Origin: an uncultured Candidatus Entotheonella sp.
Lineage (GTDB): Bacteria > Tectomicrobia > Entotheonellia > Entotheonellales > Entotheonellaceae
Assembly: GCA_965215335.1 (NCBI GenBank)
Contig: CBDCDA010000002.1
Coordinates: 1,152,001 to 1,216,000 of the forward strand
DNA length: 64,000 nucleotides
Direction of reading: 5' to 3'
Shown here: positions 12,061 through 20,134 of the stretch, piece after piece
Layout of the letters: every line of letters starts with the position of its first letter
How positions within the stretch are numbered: the stretch's first letter is position 1
Notes under the pieces: generated by a model
What the model saw: the letters and a program-made list of their open reading frames with translations, nothing else
What the model was told of the DNA's origin: nothing
Databases searched by the model: none
Translations under genes and position numbers: made by a program

Positions 12061-13059
12061 CTAACCCTGGGGAAACAGATCGTGCATTTCGGGGATGACC
12101 CACAGCGGTGGCTCGCCGGCGGCAACGCGCCGGATGTTGGCGTAGCCGTTGTGGAAACGCTTGCGGAAGCTGTCCACGGTAGGTCCGGCACTGTGCGGCG
12201 TCAGCGTCACGTTGGGCAAGGTGAGCAACGGGTTGGACGGGTCCGTCGGCTCCTGCGCCAGGGTGTCGAGCCCGGCGGCCAGGATGCGGCCTTGCTGCAG
12301 GGCTGCGAACAACGCCGCCTCGTCAACCACCTCGCCGCGGCAGGTGTTGATCAGGATCGCCTCGGGCTTCATGCGGGCCAGCGCCTTGGCGTCCATCATG
12401 TCCCGCGTGTCGTGGTTGAGAGGCACGTGCAGGCTCACCACGTCGGCGGTTTCCAGCAGGGTTTCCAACGACACGTAACGCACGCCGAGACGTGCTTCCT
12501 CTTTCGCACTGCGCCGGAAGGCGTCGTAGTATATAACGCTGGCGTCGAAGGCCCTGACGCGCTGGACCACCTGCTGGCCGATGTTGCCCAGACCGACGAG
12601 TCCAACCGTCTTGCCGGCCAGCTCGTAGACATCCACCGTGCGTGGAATGCCGCTGTGCCACTTGCCGGCGACCACGTTTTGGTGCAGGGCGGCCAGCTTG
12701 CGGTACACGGCCAGCATGAGCATGACGGCGTGCTCGGCCACCGCTACTGAATTGGCGCCACCGTTCGAGCACACCGGCACCCGCGCCGCCCGCGTCCCGG
12801 CGATGTTGACCTGGTCGTACCCGGCGCTCAGCACCTGCACCAGCTTGAGTCGCGTCGCCGCCGTAAACGCCTCGTCCGGCAGGTGCCGCACGAAGCCGAA
12901 CAGGTACTCCGCCTCGCGCATGGCGGCCGCGATCTCGTCGTCCGGCGTGCCGACCGGCAAATGGCGCAGGCTGAACCCCTCGGGCGCCATGTCGCTCGCC
13001 AGAGCCACAATATCGGGCGGCATCTCGACGCCCTGGGTGAACACAATCGTTTCCTGCAT
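12061..13059 (-). CDS. D-isomer-specific 2-hydroxyacid dehydrogenase
   Basis: SVAVAEH, GLVGLGNIG, SLHVP, INTCRG, TPHSAG. Confidence 0.93.
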   Translation of the reverse strand: MQETIVFTQGVEMPPDIVALASDMAPEGFSLRHLPVGTPDDEIAAAMREAEYLFGFVRHLPDEAFTAATRLKLVQVLSAGYDQVNIAGTRAARVPVCSNGGANSVAVAEHAVMLMLAVYRKLAALHQNVVAGKWHSGIPRTVDVYELAGKTVGLVGLGNIGQQVVQRVRAFDASVIYYDAFRRSAKEEARLGVRYVSLETLLETADVVSLHVPLNHDTRDMMDAKALARMKPEAILINTCRGEVVDEAALFAALQQGRILAAGLDTLAQEPTDPSNPLLTLPNVTLTPHSAGPTVDSFRKRFHNGYANIRRVAAGEPPLWVIPEMHDLFPQG

Positions 13060-13075
13060 CCTGCCCTCTGAAACT

Positions 13076-13106
13076 GCAGGTCGGATCAGCGGAGCGTAAT
13101 CCGGCA
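13076..13106. repeat. REP-like hairpin, copy 1
   Basis: GCAGGTCGGATCAGCGGAGCGTAATCCGGCA; resembles the reverse complement of 20071-20098. Confidence 0.55.
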
Positions 13107-13369
13107 TTCCGCTCGACCGGTGCCGCCTGAAGGCAAGTACCCTAACTTAGCCTCCTGTCTGACTGCAAGCTTTTTCCGTAAGGGTTCAGGGGGTGGAAAA
13201 AGCGGGCAGCGTGAATTTCGCGGCGGTTGACCCCGCCGGGTGGGAACAGGAAGATGGAAACCGTGTCGAAATGGGTGATCATCAGCGCCCGGAAAGCCAC
13301 GACGCATGAAGGGAGGGTCCATGAAAAAGGGGGCTTCGTCGATGCCGGCAGGGTTTGTCGATGTCGGGT

Positions 13370-13795
13370 TCAGGGCGAGGGCGCATCGGCGGTTTGCAGC
13401 TGCTGCCTGATGACGTCGATCTGTCCTTCGTTGCGCGATACGCGCTCGCTGATGCTGACGGTGAGCTTGCGGAGTTCGGAGACTTCGCCGGTGAGCCGGT
13501 CGATACGCTCGTCCATGTTATCGAAGCGCTGGTCCACTGCGTCAAAGCGTTGGTTGATATACTTGTCCTGGGCCTCGAAGCGAGTGTTCATTTCTGCTCT
13601 GAAGTGGTCGAAGCGCTGGTTCATGTCGTCGAAGCGCTGGTTCATGTCGTCGAAGCGCTGGTTCATGTCGTCGAAGCGCTGGTGGATGGGATTGATGACG
13701 CCAAACTGGACGATTCCAGCAATTACGCCAAGGATAGTGCCAGTTGCCGTTATGGACCCCGCGTTTTTTCTGATCCAGTTCCATATCTTCTGCAT
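13370..13795 (-). CDS. Membrane-anchored heptad-repeat coiled-coil protein
   Basis: N-terminal hydrophobic helix, then repeated RFDDMNQ heptads. Confidence 0.8.
   Translation of the reverse strand: MQKIWNWIRKNAGSITATGTILGVIAGIVQFGVINPIHQRFDDMNQRFDDMNQRFDDMNQRFDHFRAEMNTRFEAQDKYINQRFDAVDQRFDNMDERIDRLTGEVSELRKLTVSISERVSRNEGQIDVIRQQLQTADAPSP
13607..13683. repeat. 21-bp coding tandem repeat (3.7 perfect units)
   Basis: GTCGAAGCGCTGGTTCATGTC x3 plus a 14-nt partial unit; degenerate units follow. Confidence 0.95.
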
Positions 13796-13833
13796 AGGTC
13801 CTCCGGGGTGGCAGGAGTCGAGGAATTATATCA

Positions 13834-13945
13834 CAGGTTAAGCGCATGAACTTGAGCGCATGAACCGCACGGTCAAGGAGGCCCAACGTCGATCGCTTCC
13901 ACGACGGAAATCATGATCGTCTCCGCCTATTCCCGGGACTAGACA
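13834..13945 (+). mobile_element. IS481-family remnant (degenerate transposase C-terminus plus terminal repeat)
   Basis: Translates ERMNRTVKEA/(shift)NVDRFHDGNHDRLR..PGLDT, like the IS481 C-terminal ERMNRTIKEATVKRYHY...PGLNT pattern; ends CCGGGACTAGACA (5'-TGT end on the other strand). Confidence 0.6.
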
Positions 13946-14125
13946 CCATGTAACCTTTCGAACGCCGACCTTTTCTGCGCCACAAGGAACCTGCAGGTCG
14001 TGGCTCCATCCCAAATTTGCTTTTGCCTTCACGCGGCAAGGTGTGCTACGGTTGCCGAATTCTGCAGGTTGTTCCAATCTTCTCGACACGATCAATCGTT
14101 GCAAGACAATAAGCGGGACTCGTCT

Positions 14126-16048
14126 ATGGATGTTTTGACAGGATTGGCCCAGATACGGGCGGAAATGGATCAGTACGTTGTCGGCCATGACGATGTGAAG
14201 GAAGGCATTCTACTTGGCGTCATCGCACGCGAGCATATCTACCTCGAAGGCCCGCCGGGGACAGCGAAGACGATGCTGGCCGAGGTGACCTCGGACGCCG
14301 CGGAACTGAAGTTCTTCTTCTACCAGTTACACCGCGACACCCGCCTGGCGGAGTTGGTCGGCGATACCGTCATTTTCCGCGAGCGGGACGAGTCGGGGGG
14401 CGAGGTGATCCGGCAGGTGAACCGCAAGGGCGGCATCCTGACGTCGGAAATCTGCGTGCTCGACGACATCTCCCGCGCCCCCGGCGAGGCCCTGAACGTC
14501 CTGTTGCGTGTGCTCAATGAGCGCAAGTTCGGCGACGACCGCATTCCCCTGCTGACCGCCATCGCCACCGGAAACCCTACCAAGGAAGACTATTACAACG
14601 AGCCCCTGGACCCGGCCAACCTGGACCGCTTTACCATCCAGATGCGCACCCTCGGCCTGCTGCAGCGCAACATGTGGCAGGCGGCGGCGGTGGTGATCGA
14701 CCGCTACGCCGACGGTCATCTGAGCGCCGAAGCGTCGCCGCGCGTCACGCGGACGGTGCTGGACAGCGCCACCGAGCGGCTTCCCGGGGTGGACCTGACC
14801 GCGGCGGTGAAGGAACTGTTGCTGGAATTCCTCAACGTGCTGCTGAACGACTACGGCTGCAATGACGGCAACTCGTTGCTGACGGACCGCACCTTTCTCG
14901 TCAAGGCGGTGAAAATCCTCAAGGCCAAGGCCGTGCTGGAGGGCCGTGACCGCTGCGTGCCCGAGGACCTGCACGTCCTCAAATACCTCACGGCGTTCCG
15001 CATCCCCGAGGAACTGCACAATCGCCTCGAGGAGATCATCGAGCAGCTGCTGCGAAAAAAAAAAGTTGAGCCAGAAGACGACGACACCGTCGAGCAGTTG
15101 AGCGAGGCGCCGTCCGAGGAGCGTTCGGAGGGGCAGCCGCGCACCGACACCACCGCCCAGGAAACCAACGTCGATCACCGCAAGCAGGAACTCGAGTTCG
15201 CCGACATGGTGCAGCAGTCGCTGAGCCCGAATGCCGATGACGACGGCGAGAACGCCGAGTTGAACCTGGACAACGAGTCGATCGACAATATCGAGGTGCT
15301 GCTCAAGATCCTGAAGGGCCGCATCGAAAAGAACCTCGCCGAAAAGGTGCCGCACCGCGGCGGCCAACCGCGCAGGTGGCGCCGCATGATGTCGTTCGAC
15401 GACCTCCTCGACACCGATCCCGTCGAAAGCTCCATCTGGTACGAGAACGTCACCCCCCAACTGCCCCGCATGCTGTTGCGCGAGCGCCACGACCGTGGCG
15501 GCGAGCTCGCCATCCTGCGCGACATCAGCTCGTCCATGGCCGGCATCTACTCCAAGTGGGCGTCGTCCGTCATCCTGCGCCTGGTGGAGATGGCTCGCAA
15601 GAAGCGCATGCGGGTCGGTTACATCGAGTTCAATCACCTGTCCACCAAGTACCAGGTGGACGGCAAGTTCTTCATGCGCGACTACGAGAAGATGACGCGA
15701 CGCGCCCTGCACCTGCACTGCTCCGGTTGCACCAACTACCAGAACTCCCTGGAGGACGCGCTGCATGAATTCAAGCGCCTGGGGCGCGGCAACCAGCACA
15801 TCCTCTTCCTGACCGATGGCGTGCCCACCCAGGGCGACTGGGAAGTGAAGGCCGAGCGCGCCCTGGCGCAGGAGTTGAACGTTTCCATTCACACCATTTT
15901 CATCGGCAAGAACAAGTGCCCGCGCATCCTGGAAATCCTCTCCGAGGAGACCAACGGCGCGCAGTTCCAGGCGTCGACGGATCGCTACGGCGTCATTCGC
16001 ATCGAGGAGCGCCATTCTCAACAGGCCCGTGAACTGGTCGCGCACTGA
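14126..16048 (+). CDS. MoxR/RavA-type AAA+ ATPase fused to a C-terminal VWA domain; A10 slippery run at the junction
   Basis: Walker A GPPGTAKT, Walker B CVLDDI, LDPANLDRF; acidic linker; MIDAS DISSS, GCTNY, LFLTDG. Confidence 0.9.
   Translation: MDVLTGLAQIRAEMDQYVVGHDDVKEGILLGVIAREHIYLEGPPGTAKTMLAEVTSDAAELKFFFYQLHRDTRLAELVGDTVIFRERDESGGEVIRQVNRKGGILTSEICVLDDISRAPGEALNVLLRVLNERKFGDDRIPLLTAIATGNPTKEDYYNEPLDPANLDRFTIQMRTLGLLQRNMWQAAAVVIDRYADGHLSAEASPRVTRTVLDSATERLPGVDLTAAVKELLLEFLNVLLNDYGCNDGNSLLTDRTFLVKAVKILKAKAVLEGRDRCVPEDLHVLKYLTAFRIPEELHNRLEEIIEQLLRKKKVEPEDDDTVEQLSEAPSEERSEGQPRTDTTAQETNVDHRKQELEFADMVQQSLSPNADDDGENAELNLDNESIDNIEVLLKILKGRIEKNLAEKVPHRGGQPRRWRRMMSFDDLLDTDPVESSIWYENVTPQLPRMLLRERHDRGGELAILRDISSSMAGIYSKWASSVILRLVEMARKKRMRVGYIEFNHLSTKYQVDGKFFMRDYEKMTRRALHLHCSGCTNYQNSLEDALHEFKRLGRGNQHILFLTDGVPTQGDWEVKAERALAQELNVSIHTIFIGKNKCPRILEILSEETNGAQFQASTDRYGVIRIEERHSQQARELVAH
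15055..15069 (+). other. Putative programmed frameshift or transcriptional slippage site (A10 followed by GTTGA)
   Basis: CG AAAAAAAAAA GTTGAG. The -1 frame reads AGT TGA immediately; the +1 frame stops at 15099-15101. Confidence 0.6.
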
Positions 16049-16235
16049 CAAGGAAGGAGATGCAGATTGGTCCACCTCCTGTAACAAGAGCAAGGGCAAG
16101 CAAGTGAATCCATACGACCTCCTGCGCTATTTACAGGATCGGTATTATGAATCTGTGAATCGCAGCGGACGAACATTAGGTGAATCGTGAGAGTAAAAGC
16201 AGAAAGCTAATCACTGTTTCAGAAAGGGGAATTAC

Positions 16236-17135
16236 ATGTTGCTGGAAGGAAAGGTCGCTGTGGTGACAGGCGGCGGCAATGGTATTGGCCGCGAAATCAG
16301 CAAGCTTATGGGCGCCGAGGGCGCCAAGGTCGTGGTGAACGACCTGGGAACGGCTGTTGACGGCGCCGGGCAGTCGAGTTCCGCGGCCGACCAGACCGTG
16401 CAGATGATCAAGGACGGCGGCGGCGAGGCGACGCCGAATTACGAGAGCGTGGCGACCCCGGAGGGCGGCCAGAACATCGTCCAGACCGCAGTGGACACGT
16501 ACGGCAAGCTGGACATTCTGGTGCACGTGGCCGGCATCTTGCGCGACCGCATGATCTTCAACATGTCGATTGAAGAGTGGGACGCGGTGATCAACGTGCA
16601 CCTGCGCGGTGCCTACTGCGTCAACAAGCCCGCCTGCGTGCTGATGCGGCAGCAGAAGAGCGGCTGCATCATCAATTTTTCGTCGATCTCTGGTGCCGGC
16701 AATTCCGGGCAGGCCAACTACGCGGCGGCCAAGGCGGGGATACTGGGGCTGACGCGCACCGTGGCGCGCGACATGGCGAAGTACGGCGTGCGCGCCAATG
16801 CCATCTGGCCGGGTGCCGACACCCGCATGACGGCTACGGTTCCCGAAGCGGCGCGTCAGATTCGGGCTGAGCGGGGGCTGGGCGAGATGCGCATGTCGGC
16901 CATGCGCCGCCCGGAAAGCGTTGCCTCGGTGGTGGCCTTCCTGGCCTCGGACCTGGCCGAGAACATTACCGGCTGGACGGTCGGCATCATCGGCGACCGC
17001 CTGTCGCTGATCGAAGATCCGGTGCCCGTGAAGACGGTATTCTGCGAGGGCGGCTGGACGCTGGACAAGGTTGCCGACTGGTGGCCGGAGACCTTTGGGA
17101 CCGAGCTGCGCCACCTGGACCAGCCACAGCAATAA
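16236..17135 (+). CDS. Short-chain dehydrogenase/reductase, copy A
   Basis: TGGGNGIG, VVNDLG, AGILRDR, GQANYAAAK. Confidence 0.95.
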   Translation: MLLEGKVAVVTGGGNGIGREISKLMGAEGAKVVVNDLGTAVDGAGQSSSAADQTVQMIKDGGGEATPNYESVATPEGGQNIVQTAVDTYGKLDILVHVAGILRDRMIFNMSIEEWDAVINVHLRGAYCVNKPACVLMRQQKSGCIINFSSISGAGNSGQANYAAAKAGILGLTRTVARDMAKYGVRANAIWPGADTRMTATVPEAARQIRAERGLGEMRMSAMRRPESVASVVAFLASDLAENITGWTVGIIGDRLSLIEDPVPVKTVFCEGGWTLDKVADWWPETFGTELRHLDQPQQ

Positions 17136-17168
17136 GTGGCAACAACCCATTCCGGAGGGAAAGCGGAC

Positions 17169-18074
17169 ATGCGACTGGAAGGCAAGGTCGCCGTGGTCAC
17201 GGGCGGTGGCAACGGCATTGGACGTGAGATCAGCAAGCTTATGGGCGCCGAGGGCGCCAAGGTCGTGGTGAACGACCTGGGAACGGCCGTTGACGGGGCT
17301 GGCGAATCGACTTCCGCGGCCGATCAGACCGTGCAGATGATCAAGGACGGCGGCGGCGAGGCGACGCCGAATTACGAGAGCGTGGCGACCCCGGAGGGCG
17401 GCCAGAACATCGTCCAGACCGCGGTGGATACGTACGGCAAGCTGGACATTCTGGTGCACGTGGCCGGCATCTTGCGCGACCGCATGATCTTCAACATGTC
17501 GATTGAAGAGTGGGACGCGGTGATCAACGTGCACCTGCGCGGCGCCTACTGCGTCAACAAGCCCGCCTGCGTGCTGATGCGGCAGCAGAAGAGCGGTTGC
17601 ATCATCAATTTTTCGTCGATCTCTGGTGCCGGCAATTCCGGGCAGGCCAACTACGCGGCGGCCAAGGCGGGGATACTGGGGCTGACGCGCACCGTGGCGC
17701 GCGACATGGCGAAGTACGGCGTGCGCGCCAATGCCATCTGGCCGGGCGCCGACACCCGCATGACGGCCACGGTTCCCGAAGCGGCGCGCCAGCTCCGTGC
17801 CGAACGTGGCATCGGGCAGCAGGTTGCCACAACTGCCACCGAGCGCCGGCCGGAGAACGTCGCCGCCGTGGTGGCTTATCTGGCCAGCGATGAAGCGGCG
17901 GACATTACCGGCTGGACGGTCGGCATTTCGGGCGACCGCCTGTCGCTGATCGAAGACCCGCGGCCGGTGAAAACGGTCTTCTGTCCCGGCGGCTGGACGC
18001 TGGACAAGGTCGTCGAGCTTTGGCCCGGCGCGTTCGGGCTCGACCTGCGCCACCTGCAACGCGCCGGTCAGTAA
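17169..18074 (+). CDS. Short-chain dehydrogenase/reductase, copy B (tandem paralog)
   Basis: Same motifs; GGAGG RBS; offset 933 nt from copy A. Confidence 0.95.
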   Translation: MRLEGKVAVVTGGGNGIGREISKLMGAEGAKVVVNDLGTAVDGAGESTSAADQTVQMIKDGGGEATPNYESVATPEGGQNIVQTAVDTYGKLDILVHVAGILRDRMIFNMSIEEWDAVINVHLRGAYCVNKPACVLMRQQKSGCIINFSSISGAGNSGQANYAAAKAGILGLTRTVARDMAKYGVRANAIWPGADTRMTATVPEAARQLRAERGIGQQVATTATERRPENVAAVVAYLASDEAADITGWTVGISGDRLSLIEDPRPVKTVFCPGGWTLDKVVELWPGAFGLDLRHLQRAGQ

Positions 18075-18177
18075 TTCCACAGGCGCCGTGTCCGCCCCTT
18101 GCGGCGCGCGGCGTCTCCCGCCGCCTCAGACACTCCGTCTCTCTGTTGCCCCCCTCCGGCCAGGAGAAGCAAGGCCC

Positions 18178-18843
18178 GTGATTCTCGACATGCACGTGCA
18201 CACCGCAGCCTCCGATGACAGCACCGCCACGATCGCAGGCTATATCGAACTGATTCAAGCCTACCGCCGGTTTCACCCCTTCGACGGTTTTGTCCTCACC
18301 GAACATCGCACCTACACGCCCGGATTGAACCTGCAGCACTACTGGGACAGCTGCGGCGTGCGCATTTTCCAGGGCATCGAAATGGACACGAACCTGGGGC
18401 ATCTGCTGGTCTATGGCGTCAACGAGCGGGTTCTGGAACGCTTCGACGTGACCAAGCGCCTGCACGACGGCCGCCGCATCATCCCTCAACTGGCCAGCCT
18501 GGGCGCGTTTGCTGCGCCGTCTCACCCCTTTCGGGAATCGGTGTTCGGACCCATCATGGAACGCGCTCCCGAGGAAATTTCGGGCATGCACACCATCGAG
18601 GCGCACAACGGCCAGAATCGCCCGGAGCAGAACAGCCGCGCGGCGGACCTGTGCGAGCGCTACGACCTGCGTGCACTGTGCGGCAGCGACGCGCATTACG
18701 TCAGTCCCCTGTGGTTTCTCACGTGTGCCACGGCCTTCGAGGACACCATCACCTCGGAGGCGGAACTGGTGGAGGCGCTGCAATACGGCACGTATCGCCC
18801 GATGCGTCTGCCGCGCATGGGTGCCGAGAACGGTGCAGGGTAG
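18178..18843 (+). CDS. PHP-domain metal-dependent phosphoesterase
   Basis: DMHVH, LTEH, GIE, GHLL, SHP, GSDAH; CAGGAG RBS before GTG. Confidence 0.88.
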   Translation: MILDMHVHTAASDDSTATIAGYIELIQAYRRFHPFDGFVLTEHRTYTPGLNLQHYWDSCGVRIFQGIEMDTNLGHLLVYGVNERVLERFDVTKRLHDGRRIIPQLASLGAFAAPSHPFRESVFGPIMERAPEEISGMHTIEAHNGQNRPEQNSRAADLCERYDLRALCGSDAHYVSPLWFLTCATAFEDTITSEAELVEALQYGTYRPMRLPRMGAENGAG

Positions 18844-18929
18844 ATCGGGCCGGGAGGGGCTGGGCGGGCTTTGCGCCGGAGTGACAGCATCCCGATGTTT
18901 TCCTACGCACTCGCCAGAGGAGTTCCGAC

Positions 18930-20015
18930 ATGCCAGCGAGCCCACTTTTCAACCAGCATCACGAACTTCAAGCTTGCCTTGCGACCGTTGACGACTGGCA
19001 ACTACCCCTGCACTTCGGCGACCCAAAAGTCGAATACCGGGCGCTGCGGCACGGTTTCGGGCTGATCGATCTGTCGAACCGGGGCCTGATCCGCGTCGAG
19101 GGCCGGGACCGGCAACGCTTCCTGAACGCCATGTTGTCCAACAACACCGCCGACCTGGAGCCGGGACAGGGGTGCTACGCCACGTTTCTGAACCCCAAGG
19201 GACACATGGTGACGGACCTGGTGGTGTACGCTGACGAGGCGTCGTACCTCCTGGAGGTCGAGCCGCACGTCGTGTCCACCTTCCTGGAGGCCATCGACTT
19301 CTTCGTCATTTCCGAGGACGTCACGTTTGCGGTCGAGACCGAAAAGTGGGCTGCCATCGGTGTGCAGGGTCCCAAGGCCCCCGACGTGCTGGCTGCCGTG
19401 AGTGGTCAGGAACCGCTGCGGGACTTGGCGCCGTACGGCAGTCAGCCGTGCCAAATCGAGAGTCATGACGTATGGGTCGCGCGGCGCAGCTATACCCGCG
19501 AGCCGGGCTATCTGCTTCTCGCCGGCCTCGCGGCTGCGGAGGCCGTCTGGACGACGATCCGACAGCAGGGCGAGGTGTTCGAGGGGCGTGCGGTTGGCCT
19601 GGCGGCGCTGGATACCCTGCGTATTGAATCGGGCACGCCGCGTTTCGGCATCGACATGACGGACGCGACGATCCCGGTCGAGGCCAACCTGCAGGGCGCC
19701 ATCAGCTACACCAAGGGCTGCTACGTCGGGCAGGAGGTCATTGCGCGGATCGACGCGCGCGGGCACGTCAATCGCAGACTTGTCGGCCTGTTGCTCGGCG
19801 GCGCCGGGTTGCCCGAGACGGGGGCCAGGATTTTTTCTCCGCAGCGGGAGGTCGGTTGGATCACCAGCGCGACGCAATCGCCGGCCATGCAGCAGACAAT
19901 CGCCCTCGCCTACGTGCGCCGCGAATCCTTGGAGCCGGGCACGGCGTTGCAGGTACGCACGGATGCCGGTGACATCCCGGCGACAGTGAGCGCCTTGCCG
20001 TTCGGTGATCGCTGA
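18930..20015 (+). CDS. Folate-binding aminomethyltransferase family protein (GcvT/YgfZ-like)
   Basis: DLSNRG, KGCYVGQE motif. Confidence 0.9.
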   Translation: MPASPLFNQHHELQACLATVDDWQLPLHFGDPKVEYRALRHGFGLIDLSNRGLIRVEGRDRQRFLNAMLSNNTADLEPGQGCYATFLNPKGHMVTDLVVYADEASYLLEVEPHVVSTFLEAIDFFVISEDVTFAVETEKWAAIGVQGPKAPDVLAAVSGQEPLRDLAPYGSQPCQIESHDVWVARRSYTREPGYLLLAGLAAAEAVWTTIRQQGEVFEGRAVGLAALDTLRIESGTPRFGIDMTDATIPVEANLQGAISYTKGCYVGQEVIARIDARGHVNRRLVGLLLGGAGLPETGARIFSPQREVGWITSATQSPAMQQTIALAYVRRESLEPGTALQVRTDAGDIPATVSALPFGDR

Positions 20016-20070
20016 TCCGTAATCGTGCCTGCCAACGCTCCGGTACTTCACCGCGCCATACAGTTTTTGT

Positions 20071-20098
20071 TGTCGGATTACGCTGCGCTAATCCGACA
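20071..20098. repeat. REP-like hairpin, copy 2
   Basis: TGTCGGATTA-CGCTGCGC-TAATCCGACA, perfect 10-bp stem. Confidence 0.65.
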
Positions 20099-20134
20099 TC
20101 CATGTCACGTTTACCAGCCCTGTGGAGATGAGCC

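Noticed and set aside
13607..13683. Direct repeats as a possible CRISPR array
   Set aside because: Units are contiguous with no spacers and encode in-frame heptads; no cas genes nearby.
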